From contig CAWKGF010000005.1 in NCBI GenBank assembly GCA_963849135.1, forward strand, positions 22,826 to 86,825: a stretch of 64,000 nt of DNA. The letters run 5' to 3'. Both the position numbers and the translations under genes were made by a program. Below, in pieces: positions 20,694-30,601 of this stretch. The notes below the pieces were generated by a model. The model did no database searches. It saw only the letters and a program-made list of their open reading frames with translations, and was not told where the DNA came from. The first letter of the stretch is position 1. Each line of letters starts with the position of its first letter. This DNA comes from an uncultured Actinomycetes bacterium (GTDB taxonomy: Bacteria; Actinomycetota; Acidimicrobiia; IMCC26256; PALSA-555).

Positions 20694-21365
20694 ATGAGCG
20701 CGACCTACTGGCGCAGTGCAGCCGACGACAAGGAGATGCAGGACGAGCACGGGTTTATCTGGAGGGCGATGCTGGACACGATCGATATGGACCTCGCGGG
20801 GAAGCGAGTACTCGATGCCGGCTGCAACCAGGGTGGGTTCCTCCGCCAGCTCGTGGACGAAAGCGACATCGCCGAAGGCTTCGGCTATGACCCGGCATCC
20901 GGCGCGGTCAAGGACGCTCGGCGCCTCGCTGGGCGCCGGCCCCTTCACTTCGAGGCCGCCGACACGGTGCCCGCCGGGTGGAATGGCTTCGATGCCGCGT
21001 TCAGCCACGAAGTGCTTTACTTGCTCGACGACCTTCCCGCCCACGCGCGGGCCCTCTTCGGCGCGCTGCTGCCCGGCGGCGTGTACTACGCGGTCATGGG
21101 TGTCCACACCACAAGCCCGCTGATGGTGGAGTGGCACGAAGCAAACATCGAGGAACTGCAGCTGCCCCAACTCTACACCATCGACGAGGTCATCGCCGTC
21201 TTCCAGGCCGCCGGGTTCGACGCGGCGGCCAGCCGCCTCGCCATGCGCTTTGTACCCACCGCCGGCCACGGGCACCAAGGTCGGGGCCGGTTGCTCGACT
21301 GGCTCAACTACTACTACGAACACAAGCTTCTCCTCCGCTTCGCCCACGCGCCCGAAATCACTTGA
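20694..21365 (+). CDS. Class I SAM-dependent methyltransferase
   Basis: VLDAGCNQGGF motif I, FDAAFSHEVLYLL, LLPGGVYY. Many A/T-ending codons. Confidence 0.7.
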   Translation: MSATYWRSAADDKEMQDEHGFIWRAMLDTIDMDLAGKRVLDAGCNQGGFLRQLVDESDIAEGFGYDPASGAVKDARRLAGRRPLHFEAADTVPAGWNGFDAAFSHEVLYLLDDLPAHARALFGALLPGGVYYAVMGVHTTSPLMVEWHEANIEELQLPQLYTIDEVIAVFQAAGFDAAASRLAMRFVPTAGHGHQGRGRLLDWLNYYYEHKLLLRFAHAPEIT

Positions 21366-21393
21366 AGCCTTCCCGCGAATCGGGGCTGGGACC

Positions 21394-21404
21394 TGATGGG
21401 ATCT
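21394..21404 (+). repeat. Single copy of the TGATGGGATC motif
   Basis: Same 9-10-mer as the tandem pairs at 21618 and 22614. Confidence 0.5.
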
Positions 21405-21603
21405 TGCTGAGATCCACTGGCTGCATGCGACGATGAAGTTGGAGCTTCGCAATGCACCAACGGTCAAGCCGCGTGAAGGCAGTCCGACCGTCGGCGTGGT
21501 CCTCTTCGACTTCAAGCGTCAGGACTGCAATCCCGTGCCCGGGTGTTACTTGTTGCCCAGAGAACTGGCGTGACTGTGGGCATCGCGGGTTCTCACGTGT
21601 CGT

Positions 21604-21639
21604 CATGTGCGCAAGCTTGATGGGATGCTGATGGGATCG
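21604..21639 (+). repeat. Direct repeat A: CATGTG..CTTGATGGGATgcTGATGGGATC (two 11-bp-phased units)
   Basis: catgtgcgcaagCTTGATGGGATGCTGATGGGATC. Its partner is at 22598..22635. Confidence 0.6.
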
Positions 21640-21698
21640 ACAACCCGGCTCGCCAGAATGCATGAACGCGCGATGGCCTCCCGCCGGTTCACGCTTCG

Positions 21699-22202
21699 CT
21701 ATTTGTAGGCTTCGGCGAGCAAACGAGGCGTCACGCTCCAGGCCAGGATCCCGGTGCCAGGCCCGACTTGATCCCATCGATCGACGTCGAGGTCGATGCG
21801 GGCCAGCGCACCGGTCGGCAATTGGACATGGCCGCCGCCGATGAGCACGCCGACCGCCTCGGACCAGGTCGGCTCGTGACCTACCACCAGCAGCAAGCCT
21901 GCCGAGGGCGGCTGGCCATAGAGCTCCTCGACGAGGCCTGCCACTCCACCGCCATACAACGCTTCGGAGGATCGCGTCGGGCAGGTCCACGCCCCTGCGT
22001 CCATGGCCAGTCGTAGCGTCTGTTGGGCTCGCCGCGCGGGCGAGGTGATGGCCAGGTCGGGAACTTGGCTGGTCCGGGCCAAGAATCGTCCCATCGTGCG
22101 AGCTGCCTTCTGCCCGCGGCGAGCTAGCGGCCGGGCGCGGTCGTCCCCATCGTCGGCTTCCCAGTCGGACTTGCCGTGGCGCAACAACAGGAGCCCAGGC
22201 AT
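21699..22202 (-). CDS. sixA: SixA-type phosphohistidine phosphatase (histidine phosphatase superfamily)
   Basis: MPGLLLLRHGKSDW...AITSPARRAQQT...LLVVGHEPTWSE, 167 aa. The upstream part of ORF 21699..22958 is antisense read-through. Confidence 0.75.
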   Translation of the reverse strand: MPGLLLLRHGKSDWEADDGDDRARPLARRGQKAARTMGRFLARTSQVPDLAITSPARRAQQTLRLAMDAGAWTCPTRSSEALYGGGVAGLVEELYGQPPSAGLLLVVGHEPTWSEAVGVLIGGGHVQLPTGALARIDLDVDRWDQVGPGTGILAWSVTPRLLAEAYK

Positions 22203-22295
22203 GGCGTGCCTCTCGTCAGCTTCGTCCCAGGATGACCGAACAGGCCGTCGGGCTCCCAGGTCGCCCGGGCTGACCTGGGATATCGTGCGCCCTCG

Positions 22296-22586
22296 GTGAC
22301 GGTTCCTGAAGAGCGGGCCTCCTACCGGCGCTGCGTCCAGCGTTCGGCACAAGCCTGGCCGGGCTTCTTGGCCCGGCGGTTGGAGCTGCTGACGCCGGTC
22401 GAGCGCTATGGGCACGGTGCCGAGAAGCTGGCCGAGGACGTCGTGCGCGAGTTCCTGACCATCCCCGTCGGGTGGACGCATGCCGAGCTCAATCCCCAGA
22501 TCGGTCGAGCGGACGTGGTCGTCACCCAACTTGGGGTCAAGCGGCTGGTGACCCACCCGATCGACGTCGCCAGGGGCAGGGAGTGA
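22296..22586 (+). pseudogene. Possible truncated HsdR-N-terminal-like (restriction endonuclease-like) domain remnant
   Basis: AEKLAEDVVREFLTIPVGWTHAELNPQIGRADVVVTQLGVKRLV resembles the E..V...fi..LGW....GR.D pattern. It stops before the expected E-x-K strand. Confidence 0.25.
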
Positions 22587-22597
22587 TGTGCAGTGAA

Positions 22598-22635
22598 CAT
22601 GTGGGCAGCGACTTGATGGGATCGTGATGGGATGT
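22598..22635 (+). repeat. Direct repeat B: CATGTG..CTTGATGGGATcgTGATGGGATG (two 11-bp-phased units)
   Basis: catgtgggcagcgaCTTGATGGGATCGTGATGGGATG, about 1 kb downstream of copy A in the same orientation. Confidence 0.6.
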
Positions 22636-22705
22636 GGGGCGCTCTGGTCGGTACTCGCCGGCCAGGCGCGAGCATCAGCCCTTCCAGCTCGAGGGCACGC
22701 CGTGT

Positions 22706-22720
22706 ATACCAGTATGGTAT
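22706..22720. promoter_or_regulatory. Small palindrome (ATACC-N5-GGTAT), candidate mazE operator overlapping a TATGGT -10-like hexamer
   Basis: gtATACCagtatGGTATgc sits immediately upstream of the antitoxin start. Confidence 0.3.
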
Positions 22721-22730
22721 GCTCCTCGGT

Positions 22731-22985
22731 ATGCCGACAGAGCAGATCGCGGTCCGCTTGCCCGAGGAGTTGCTCGAGCAGGTCGACGAGCTGGTTGAAG
22801 CGGGCGTGTATGAGAGTCGAGCCGCCGCGGTGCGGGCTGGCCTCGAGGTCCTCGCCGACCTTGCGCGCCGCCGTGCACTCGACGACGCGATCATCGCTGG
22901 GTATCGACGCGTGCCACCCACGCCCGCGGAACGAGCATCGGCGCTGGCGTCTCTCCACGATGCGATCGCGGAGGAGCCCTGGTGA
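22731..22985 (+). CDS. Ribbon-helix-helix (CopG/MazE-like) antitoxin
   Basis: MPTEQIAVRLPEELLEQVDELVEAGVYESRAAAVRAGLEVLA is an RHH signature. The stop overlaps the toxin GTG (GTGA). An alternative start is at 22719. Confidence 0.75.
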   Translation: MPTEQIAVRLPEELLEQVDELVEAGVYESRAAAVRAGLEVLADLARRRALDDAIIAGYRRVPPTPAERASALASLHDAIAEEPW

Positions 22986-23299
22986 GCGAACCTCAGCGCG
23001 GTGAGGTGTGGTGGGCCGAAGCGGCGGAGGCCGGACGGCGTCCCTTTCTCGTGTTGACCCGCACGCGCGCCATCCCTGTCTTGCACTCCGTTCTTGCGGC
23101 GCCCCTCACTCGCACGGTCCGCGGCATTCCAACCGAACTGCCGCTCAGCCCCGAAGACGGTGTGCCAGCAGAATGCGCCGCAAGCTTCGACAACATCCGC
23201 GCTATCCCGAAGGACCACCTCACGGAGCGAGTCTGCAGTCTCGATCCGATTCGGATGCTCGAGGCATGCGCAGCACTGCGAACCGCTGTCGACTGCTGA
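22982..23299 (+). CDS. mazF: MazF/PemK-family type II toxin (mRNA interferase)
   Basis: RGEVWWAE...RPFLVLTR...LAAPLTRTVRGIPTELPL...ASFDNIRAIPKDHL, 105 aa. Confidence 0.8.
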   Translation: MSEPQRGEVWWAEAAEAGRRPFLVLTRTRAIPVLHSVLAAPLTRTVRGIPTELPLSPEDGVPAECAASFDNIRAIPKDHLTERVCSLDPIRMLEACAALRTAVDC

Positions 23300-23319
23300 A
23301 CCACGATCGCTCACGATCG

Positions 23320-24026
23320 ATGACCAGAGCCGTCCTCTTCGACTTCTACGGGACGCTGGCGCGAGCGACGCGCTGGTTGTCGATCGACGTGGTGCTGGCC
23401 GAGCGCGGGTACGAGCTTCCAAAGGCGGTGCACGACCGGTGGTGGAACCAGGGGATAGACGGGGTCGAGCACGTCGAGCATTCCGAGAGCCGGGAGGCCT
23501 ATCAGGCGTGGCAGCACGAGCGGCTCCTGGCCATGCTTGCCGAGACCGACGTCCATCCCGGTGAGTACGAGGAGATTCTCGAGCAGCTGCGGCATGGGAA
23601 CGAGGCCCGGGTGCTCGAGGCCTACCCCGAGGTGCCGTCGGCACTCGAGGAGCTTCGGCGGCTGGGCGTATCGCTGGCCGTCTGCTCGAACTGGGACTGG
23701 GATCTCGACCAGGCGCTGGACGAGGTGGCCCTGCGCGGTCGGTTCGACGTCGTGGTCTCCTCGGCGTGGGCGGGGGCCCGCAAGCCGCACCCACGCATCT
23801 TCGAGTACACGCTTGAGCGGCTGGGGGTGGAGGCGCCGGGGGTGGTGTTCGTCGGGGACACCTGGGGGCCCGACGTCGTGGGTCCCCAAGCGGTGGGCAT
23901 GACGCCGCTGTACCTTCGACGCCGTGATCACTGGCCCGACGAGACCGCACCGGCCGATCCCGGCTCGGTGGGCGTCGCGACGGCCACTGACGTGACCCCG
24001 ATCCTCGAGCTCGTGGAGGACGCCGC

Positions 24027-24030
<4 letters not shown>
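23320..24030 (+). CDS. HAD-superfamily hydrolase
   Basis: MTRAVLFDFYGTL (motif I DxxGT), CSNWD, KPHPRIF, FVGDTWGPDV. Confidence 0.75.
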
Positions 24031-25428
<1,398 letters not shown>

Positions 25429-25447
25429 GCCGACCGGGTCGTCGCGC

Positions 25448-25828
25448 TCAGGGGTAGGTGCGGAGCTCGACGGTGTTGCCGTCCGGGTCGCGGACGTAGA
25501 GGCTCGTCGCGTGGCCGCGGGCGCCGAAGAGCCCGCTGACCGGGCCGTCGCCGACGACGTCGAAGCGGCCCGAGCTCGCGACCGTGTGCAGGTCGATCGG
25601 CTCGACGACCAGGCAGACGTGCTCGACGTTGACGCCGGTGCGCTCGCCGGCGAGGAGGTCGATGATGGTCCGGTCGTTGACCCGCACCGACGGGAACGGG
25701 GCCTGGCCGGCGCGCCACTGCTCGACTCGGACCGGCGCGAGGCCGAGCGCCTCGGTGTACCAGGCCAGGGCGCGCTCCACGTCGGCGCAGGTGAGAACGA
25801 CGTGGTCGAGGTCGGTGACCCGAACCAT
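25448..25828 (-). CDS. VOC/glyoxalase-family protein
   Basis: LDHVVLTCADVERALAWYTEALGL...HVCLVV...LYVRDPDGNTVEL, 126 aa. Confidence 0.75.
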   Translation of the reverse strand: MVRVTDLDHVVLTCADVERALAWYTEALGLAPVRVEQWRAGQAPFPSVRVNDRTIIDLLAGERTGVNVEHVCLVVEPIDLHTVASSGRFDVVGDGPVSGLFGARGHATSLYVRDPDGNTVELRTYP

Positions 25829-25832
25829 GGCG

Positions 25833-26996
25833 TCAGCCCCGGGGGAGGCCGAGGATCCGCTCGGCGACGATGTTCTTCTGGATCTCGGAGGTGCCGCCCG
25901 CGATCGACGCCGCGCCGCTCCACAGCCATTGCCGCTGCCACTTGCCGTCGCCGGGCCCGTGACGGGCTCCTCGCCACAGCGGCGCGGCGGGACCGCAGAG
26001 CTCGACGCCGAGCCGGGAGAGGCGCTGGGTGAGGTCGGTCCAGGTCAGCTTCACCCAGCTGGTCTCGGGGCCGGGCTCGATCCCGCGGGCGAGGCGGGAG
26101 AGGGTCCGCCAGTTGTGGAGCCGGAGGATCTGCAGGTCGACGTAGGACTGGGTGAGCCCGTCGGCGAGCTCGACGTCGTCGAGCGCGCCGCGGTCCTGGG
26201 CGAGGGCGAACAGCTCGTCGAGGTAGACCTCGTGGACGACCTGCTCCTTGAACGCGAAGATCGTGCCCCGCTCGTGCGAGAGCGTGGTGCTGGCGACCGA
26301 CCAGCCCTGGTGGAGGCCACCGAGGAGCTGGTCGGAGGGCACGAACACCTCGTCGAGGAACACCTCGTTGAACTCGGCTTCGCCGGTGAGCTGGACGAGA
26401 GGGCGGACGTCGACCCCGGGGGCCTCCATGTCGACGACCAGGTACGAGATTCCGGCGTGGGGTGGCGCGTCGGGGTCGGTGCGGGCGAGGCAGATGCCCC
26501 ACCGCGACCACTGCGCGTAGCTGGTCCAGACCTTCTGGCCTGACACCACCCAGCCGCCCTCGACCGGGGTGGCCCGCGTGGAGAGCGCGGCGAGGTCGGA
26601 GCCGGCGCCGGGCTCGGAGAACAGCTGGCACCACAGCTCGCTGGCGTCGAGGATGGCGGGCAGCCAGCGTCGCTTCTGGTCCTCGGTGCCGTAGGCGAGG
26701 ATGGTCGGCCCCACGTTGTTGAGCCCGACCCGGTTCACGGGCTGGGGGGCCCGGGCCCGCGCGTACTCGAGGTTCCAGAGCGCGACGTCGACGGGTGTGG
26801 CGCCCCGCCCCCCGTACTCGACCGGCCAGTGGATGCCGACCCAGCGGTCGGCGGCCAGGGTGGCCTGCCAGGCGCGTCCCCACACGACCTCGTCGTCGAG
26901 CGACGCGAACTCGGGGGGCGTGTGGAGGTGCTCGGCGAGCCAGGAGCGGATCTCGTCGGCGAAGGCCCGCTCCTCGTCGGTGAAGGCGAGGTTCAC
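25833..26996 (-). CDS. Acyl-CoA dehydrogenase
   Basis: (GTG)NLAFTDEERAFADEIRSWL...WCQLFSEPGAGSDLAAL...GGWVVSGQKVWTS...IAGGTSEIQKNIVAERILGLPRG. The GTGA start overlaps the stop of the ligase gene. Confidence 0.85.
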   Translation of the reverse strand: MNLAFTDEERAFADEIRSWLAEHLHTPPEFASLDDEVVWGRAWQATLAADRWVGIHWPVEYGGRGATPVDVALWNLEYARARAPQPVNRVGLNNVGPTILAYGTEDQKRRWLPAILDASELWCQLFSEPGAGSDLAALSTRATPVEGGWVVSGQKVWTSYAQWSRWGICLARTDPDAPPHAGISYLVVDMEAPGVDVRPLVQLTGEAEFNEVFLDEVFVPSDQLLGGLHQGWSVASTTLSHERGTIFAFKEQVVHEVYLDELFALAQDRGALDDVELADGLTQSYVDLQILRLHNWRTLSRLARGIEPGPETSWVKLTWTDLTQRLSRLGVELCGPAAPLWRGARHGPGDGKWQRQWLWSGAASIAGGTSEIQKNIVAERILGLPRG

Positions 26997-28756
26997 AGGT
27001 CCCAGAAGCGTTGCCGACCGTGCTGGTCGAACGAGTCGCGGAGCGCTGCTTCGTCGGTCGGCTCGAAGCGCCGGTAGGTCGCCTCGCCACGCCCGCGCGT
27101 GTAGATGAGGTCGCCGTCGACCCGGTCGGCGCGCCATTTCTGGTGCACGAGCGCCCGTTTGACGATCTTGTTCGTCCCCGTGGTCGGCGGGTTGGCGAGG
27201 AGCCGAAGGTAGCGGGGCCGCCACTTGGGGCCGATGGCGGGCTGGGCGTCGAGCCAGGTCGCGAAGCCGTCGGGGTCGAAGCGGGCCCCGTCGGCGAGGA
27301 CGAGGCCGGCCATGACCTGGTCGCCCGCCTGGTCGTCGGGGACGCCGTAGACGGCGGCGAGGACGATGCCGGGGTAGGCGGCGATGCCGCTCTCGATGGG
27401 CTGGGCGGGGAAGTTCTCCCCGTCGACGCGCAGCCAGTCGGCGGTGCGACCGGCGAAGTAGAGGTAGCGGTCGTCGTCGAGGTAGCCGAGGTCGCCGGTC
27501 CAGTACCAGCCGTTGCGGAGCGTGCGCTCGTTGGCGTCCGGGTTGTTGTAGTAGCCCTCGAAGGGCCCGGACCCGGCGGTGTTGACGATCTCGCCGACGC
27601 ACTCCTCGGCGTTGAGAAGCCGCCCGTCGCGGTCGAAGCGGGCCCGGACCAGCTCGTGGCCGTCCTCGTCGACGACCTGGACGTGCTCGTTGACCTGGCC
27701 GAGCGACCCGGCTCGCTCCTCGACGTCTCGGTTGACGGCGACGCCGCCCTCGGTGGCCCCGTACGCGTCGATGACGTCGACGCCGAACCGGGCCGCGAAC
27801 CGGTCGACGATCTCGGGGGACCCCTCGTTCCCGAACGCGACTCGCATCGGGTTGTCGGCGTCGTCGGGTCGCTCGGGGGTGGACAGGATGTAGGCGAGCG
27901 GCTTGCCGGTGTAGTTGAAGTACGTCGACCCGTAGTGGCGCACGTCGGGCAGCCAGCCGGAGGCGCTGAACCGGCGGGCGAGCCCGACCGACGCCCCGTA
28001 GACGATGGAGGGGGCCCACCCGACCATGAGCGCGTTGGAGTGGAACAGCGGCATGCAGATGTAGCCGACGTCGTCGGGTCCGAGGTCCATGATGATCCCC
28101 ATGCGGGTCCCGGTGACGAGGAACCGCCGCTGGGTGCAGATGACGGCTTTGGGCGCGTCGGAGGTCCCGGAGGTGAAGATCAGCGCCCAGCGGGTGTCGG
28201 GGTCGGGGTCGAGGCCCGGGTCGGCGTCGTCGACGTCGCCGAGCGCGGCGTCGAGGTCCTGGCCGAGGGCCCGGTCGGGGTCGTCGGCGTCGACGAACCG
28301 CCGACTGGTGAGGACGGGCGGGAGCTGATCGGCGATCGGGTCGAGCAGCTCCACGTGGCGGGGTTCGGTGAGGACGAGCCCGCAGTCGGTGTGGGCGGCG
28401 TCGCGGAGGAGATGCTCGCCCCGGCGGGTGTGGTTGAGGCCGACGACGGTCGCGCCGGCCAGCGCCGCCCCGCCGAGCGCGAACAGGTAGTCGGGGGTGT
28501 TGTCGAGGAGCACGGCGACGTGGGGCGGCCGGTCGGGGTCGAGCCGGGCTCGGAACAGGTTGGCGAAGCGGCACGATTCGGCGACGAACTCGGCGTGGGT
28601 CCAGCGCCGGCCCTGGAAGAGCACCGCGGGCCGGCTCGCCCGGTCGGGGTCGGTGGCGTTGGAGCGGAGCAGCGCGGCGGCGTTCGGCGCCGGCAGCGGC
28701 GCCTCGCCGGGGGCGGGCACGGCGCGGTTCCGAAGCGACCCCGACCGACCTGACAC
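26993..28756 (-). CDS. AMP-dependent acyl-CoA synthetase/ligase (FadD-like)
   Basis: IFTSGTSDAPKAV AMP motif, YGATEGG, WYWTGDLGYLDDDRYLYFAGR, GTNKIVKR. GTG start near 28756. Confidence 0.8.
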   Translation of the reverse strand: MSGRSGSLRNRAVPAPGEAPLPAPNAAALLRSNATDPDRASRPAVLFQGRRWTHAEFVAESCRFANLFRARLDPDRPPHVAVLLDNTPDYLFALGGAALAGATVVGLNHTRRGEHLLRDAAHTDCGLVLTEPRHVELLDPIADQLPPVLTSRRFVDADDPDRALGQDLDAALGDVDDADPGLDPDPDTRWALIFTSGTSDAPKAVICTQRRFLVTGTRMGIIMDLGPDDVGYICMPLFHSNALMVGWAPSIVYGASVGLARRFSASGWLPDVRHYGSTYFNYTGKPLAYILSTPERPDDADNPMRVAFGNEGSPEIVDRFAARFGVDVIDAYGATEGGVAVNRDVEERAGSLGQVNEHVQVVDEDGHELVRARFDRDGRLLNAEECVGEIVNTAGSGPFEGYYNNPDANERTLRNGWYWTGDLGYLDDDRYLYFAGRTADWLRVDGENFPAQPIESGIAAYPGIVLAAVYGVPDDQAGDQVMAGLVLADGARFDPDGFATWLDAQPAIGPKWRPRYLRLLANPPTTGTNKIVKRALVHQKWRADRVDGDLIYTRGRGEATYRRFEPTDEAALRDSFDQHGRQRFWDL

Positions 28757-28798
28757 GGCGGTCAGGTTACTGGTCGGGCCTCCGTAGACTCGCCGGGC

Positions 28799-29438
28799 GT
28801 GGAGGACCGAGCGACCCCGGGCCTGTATCTGGAGATGACCGACGTGCCGCCGGATCGGTACCGGGTGGAGCGGGTCCCGACCGTCCTCGCCCGCCCCGGC
28901 GTGTCCCGGGCGACCTGGTGGGAGAACGTGCACCGCGACCGCGACGACCTGCCCCGGGTGCTGCCCGAGTTCGGGCTGCTCGGCGTGTACGAGGTCGACG
29001 ACCGCTTCGTCGCCCCGCCCCGCCCGGACGGGGTCGCCGGCTACCACTACCGGCGCACCGCGCTGGCCGGGGCAGGGGCGCCTGACCGGCCGGCCGACCA
29101 TCGGCCTGTCGTTGGTGCTGATCAGCCCGACCGAGCCGGGCGCGGCGCAGGCGCTGCGGGACTGGGCCGACTTCGTGCACCTGTGCCACATCGCGGAGGT
29201 GGGCGTCCCCGGCTACTCGATGGTCACCCCGTACGAGCACGCGGAGGGCGGCGACCCGCGGTACTTGCACTTCTATGAGATGGACACCGACGACCCGGAG
29301 GGCTCGTTCCTCGCCATGACGCCGCTGGTCAAGGAGCGCCTCGACGACCGGGACGCGTTCCGCCGCTGGGCGGGCCACGAGTCGCTGCGGATCATGTACG
29401 TGAACAGCTTCCGCCGGCTCGGGGAGCGGGACGCGTGA
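28799..29438 (+). CDS. Conserved hypothetical protein (two similar ~100-aa halves), frameshift near 29060
   Basis: ORF 28799..29278 (LYLEMTDVPPDRYRVERVPTVLARPGVSRATWWENV...GYHYRRT) continues in ORF 29112..29438 (SLVLISPTEPGAAQALRDWADFVHLCHIAE...YVNSFRRLG). Confidence 0.4.
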
Positions 29439-30034
29439 CCGACTTCTTCGAGTTGGTGCGCACCCAGCGGGCGTGCCGTGACTTCGCGCCAACCGACGTC
29501 GACGACGCGCTGCTCGCGACGCTGCTGGAGGCGGCGACGTTCGCGCCGAGCGCTGAGAACCGCCAGCCGTGGGTGTTCGTCGTCGTGCGCGAGCCGGCCT
29601 GCCGCGGCGCGCTCTGGGATCTGACCGAGCGGGCCTGGGAGGGCGGTGGCCGGGACTTCGCGGCGCAGCGGCTGACCGCCGGGCTGCTCGCCGACGTCGA
29701 GCGCGGGATCGCGGGGGGCGGCTATCGGGCCGCGCCGGCGCTGGTCGTGGTGGCGGCGGACACGGAGCGCTGCCATCCGGCGACGATCCCGTCGTCGATC
29801 TTCCCGGCGGTGCAGAACCTGTGCCTCGCCGCGGACGCGGCGGGGCTCGGGTCGGCGCTCACGACGCTGACGACGACGTTCGCGGCCGAGCTCGGGGGGC
29901 TGGTCGGGCTGCCGGACACGGTCGTGGCGCAGGCGGTCGTGCCGATCGGCTACCCGGCCCGCCCGCTCGGCCCGCCCCGCCGGGAGCCGTTCGCCGAGCA
30001 CACCTCCCGGGACCGGTTCGGGGTCGCCTGGTAG
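29435..30034 (+). CDS. Nitroreductase family protein
   Basis: RTQRACRDFAP...ATFAPSAENRQPWVFVVV...AVQNLCLAADAAGLGS, 199 aa. Confidence 0.8.
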   Translation: MTDFFELVRTQRACRDFAPTDVDDALLATLLEAATFAPSAENRQPWVFVVVREPACRGALWDLTERAWEGGGRDFAAQRLTAGLLADVERGIAGGGYRAAPALVVVAADTERCHPATIPSSIFPAVQNLCLAADAAGLGSALTTLTTTFAAELGGLVGLPDTVVAQAVVPIGYPARPLGPPRREPFAEHTSRDRFGVAW

Positions 30035-30057
30035 CGCGCCGGCCCGCGGGCTGGGCG

Positions 30058-30543
30058 TCAGCGGGGGGCGGGGACACCGCCCTGGCGGACGGTGCGGTCG
30101 AGGATGCCGAGCGTGGCCCGGAGCGCCCCTTCGGAGATGATCGGGAAGATGTTCGCCTCTCGCCACTCGGGGGCGATGTCGGACCAGTCGTAGTAGGAGG
30201 TGACGAGGGTGCCGTCGTCGGCGGGCTCGAGCCGGTACCCGTAGACGTGCCCGATCGGAGGCTGGATCGTGCCGAGGATGGTCCAAGCGATCTCCCGGTC
30301 GGGGTCGAAGGTCGTGATGTTCACCGTCACGTCGTACTTCCCCATCGGGAAGTCGTTGAGCGCCTCCCGGTCCATGTGCACGACGAACTGGTCGCCGACC
30401 GCGGCGACGGGTTGGCCGTCGGCGTCGAGGAGCATCCCGGTGCTGTCGATCGCGACGTGTCCCCGCGGGTCGCGCAGGACCTGGAAGATCGTCGCCGGGT
30501 CGGCGGGGATGGTGCGCTGCACTTCGATGCGGTCGTCGGCCAT
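30058..30543 (-). CDS. SRPBCC (polyketide cyclase/START-like) family protein
   Basis: MADDRIEVQRTIPADPATIFQVLRDPRGHVAIDS..., 161 aa. The ATG at 30543 lies within ORF 30058..30675. Confidence 0.6.
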   Translation of the reverse strand: MADDRIEVQRTIPADPATIFQVLRDPRGHVAIDSTGMLLDADGQPVAAVGDQFVVHMDREALNDFPMGKYDVTVNITTFDPDREIAWTILGTIQPPIGHVYGYRLEPADDGTLVTSYYDWSDIAPEWREANIFPIISEGALRATLGILDRTVRQGGVPAPR

Positions 30544-30601
30544 GGCCGCATGCTGCCATACCGGGTCGCGGTTCCGGCGACGGGCCGGGCGCACCCGGGG
30601 C

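Noticed and set aside
21358-21606. Small ORFs in the low-GC patch (minus strand MTTRENPRCPQ..., 82 aa; plus strand 21433..21573 MKLELRNAPTVKPREG..., 46 aa)
   Set aside because: No recognisable motifs, no convincing ribosome-binding sites, and mixed codon usage. They could be remnants but cannot be supported as genes.
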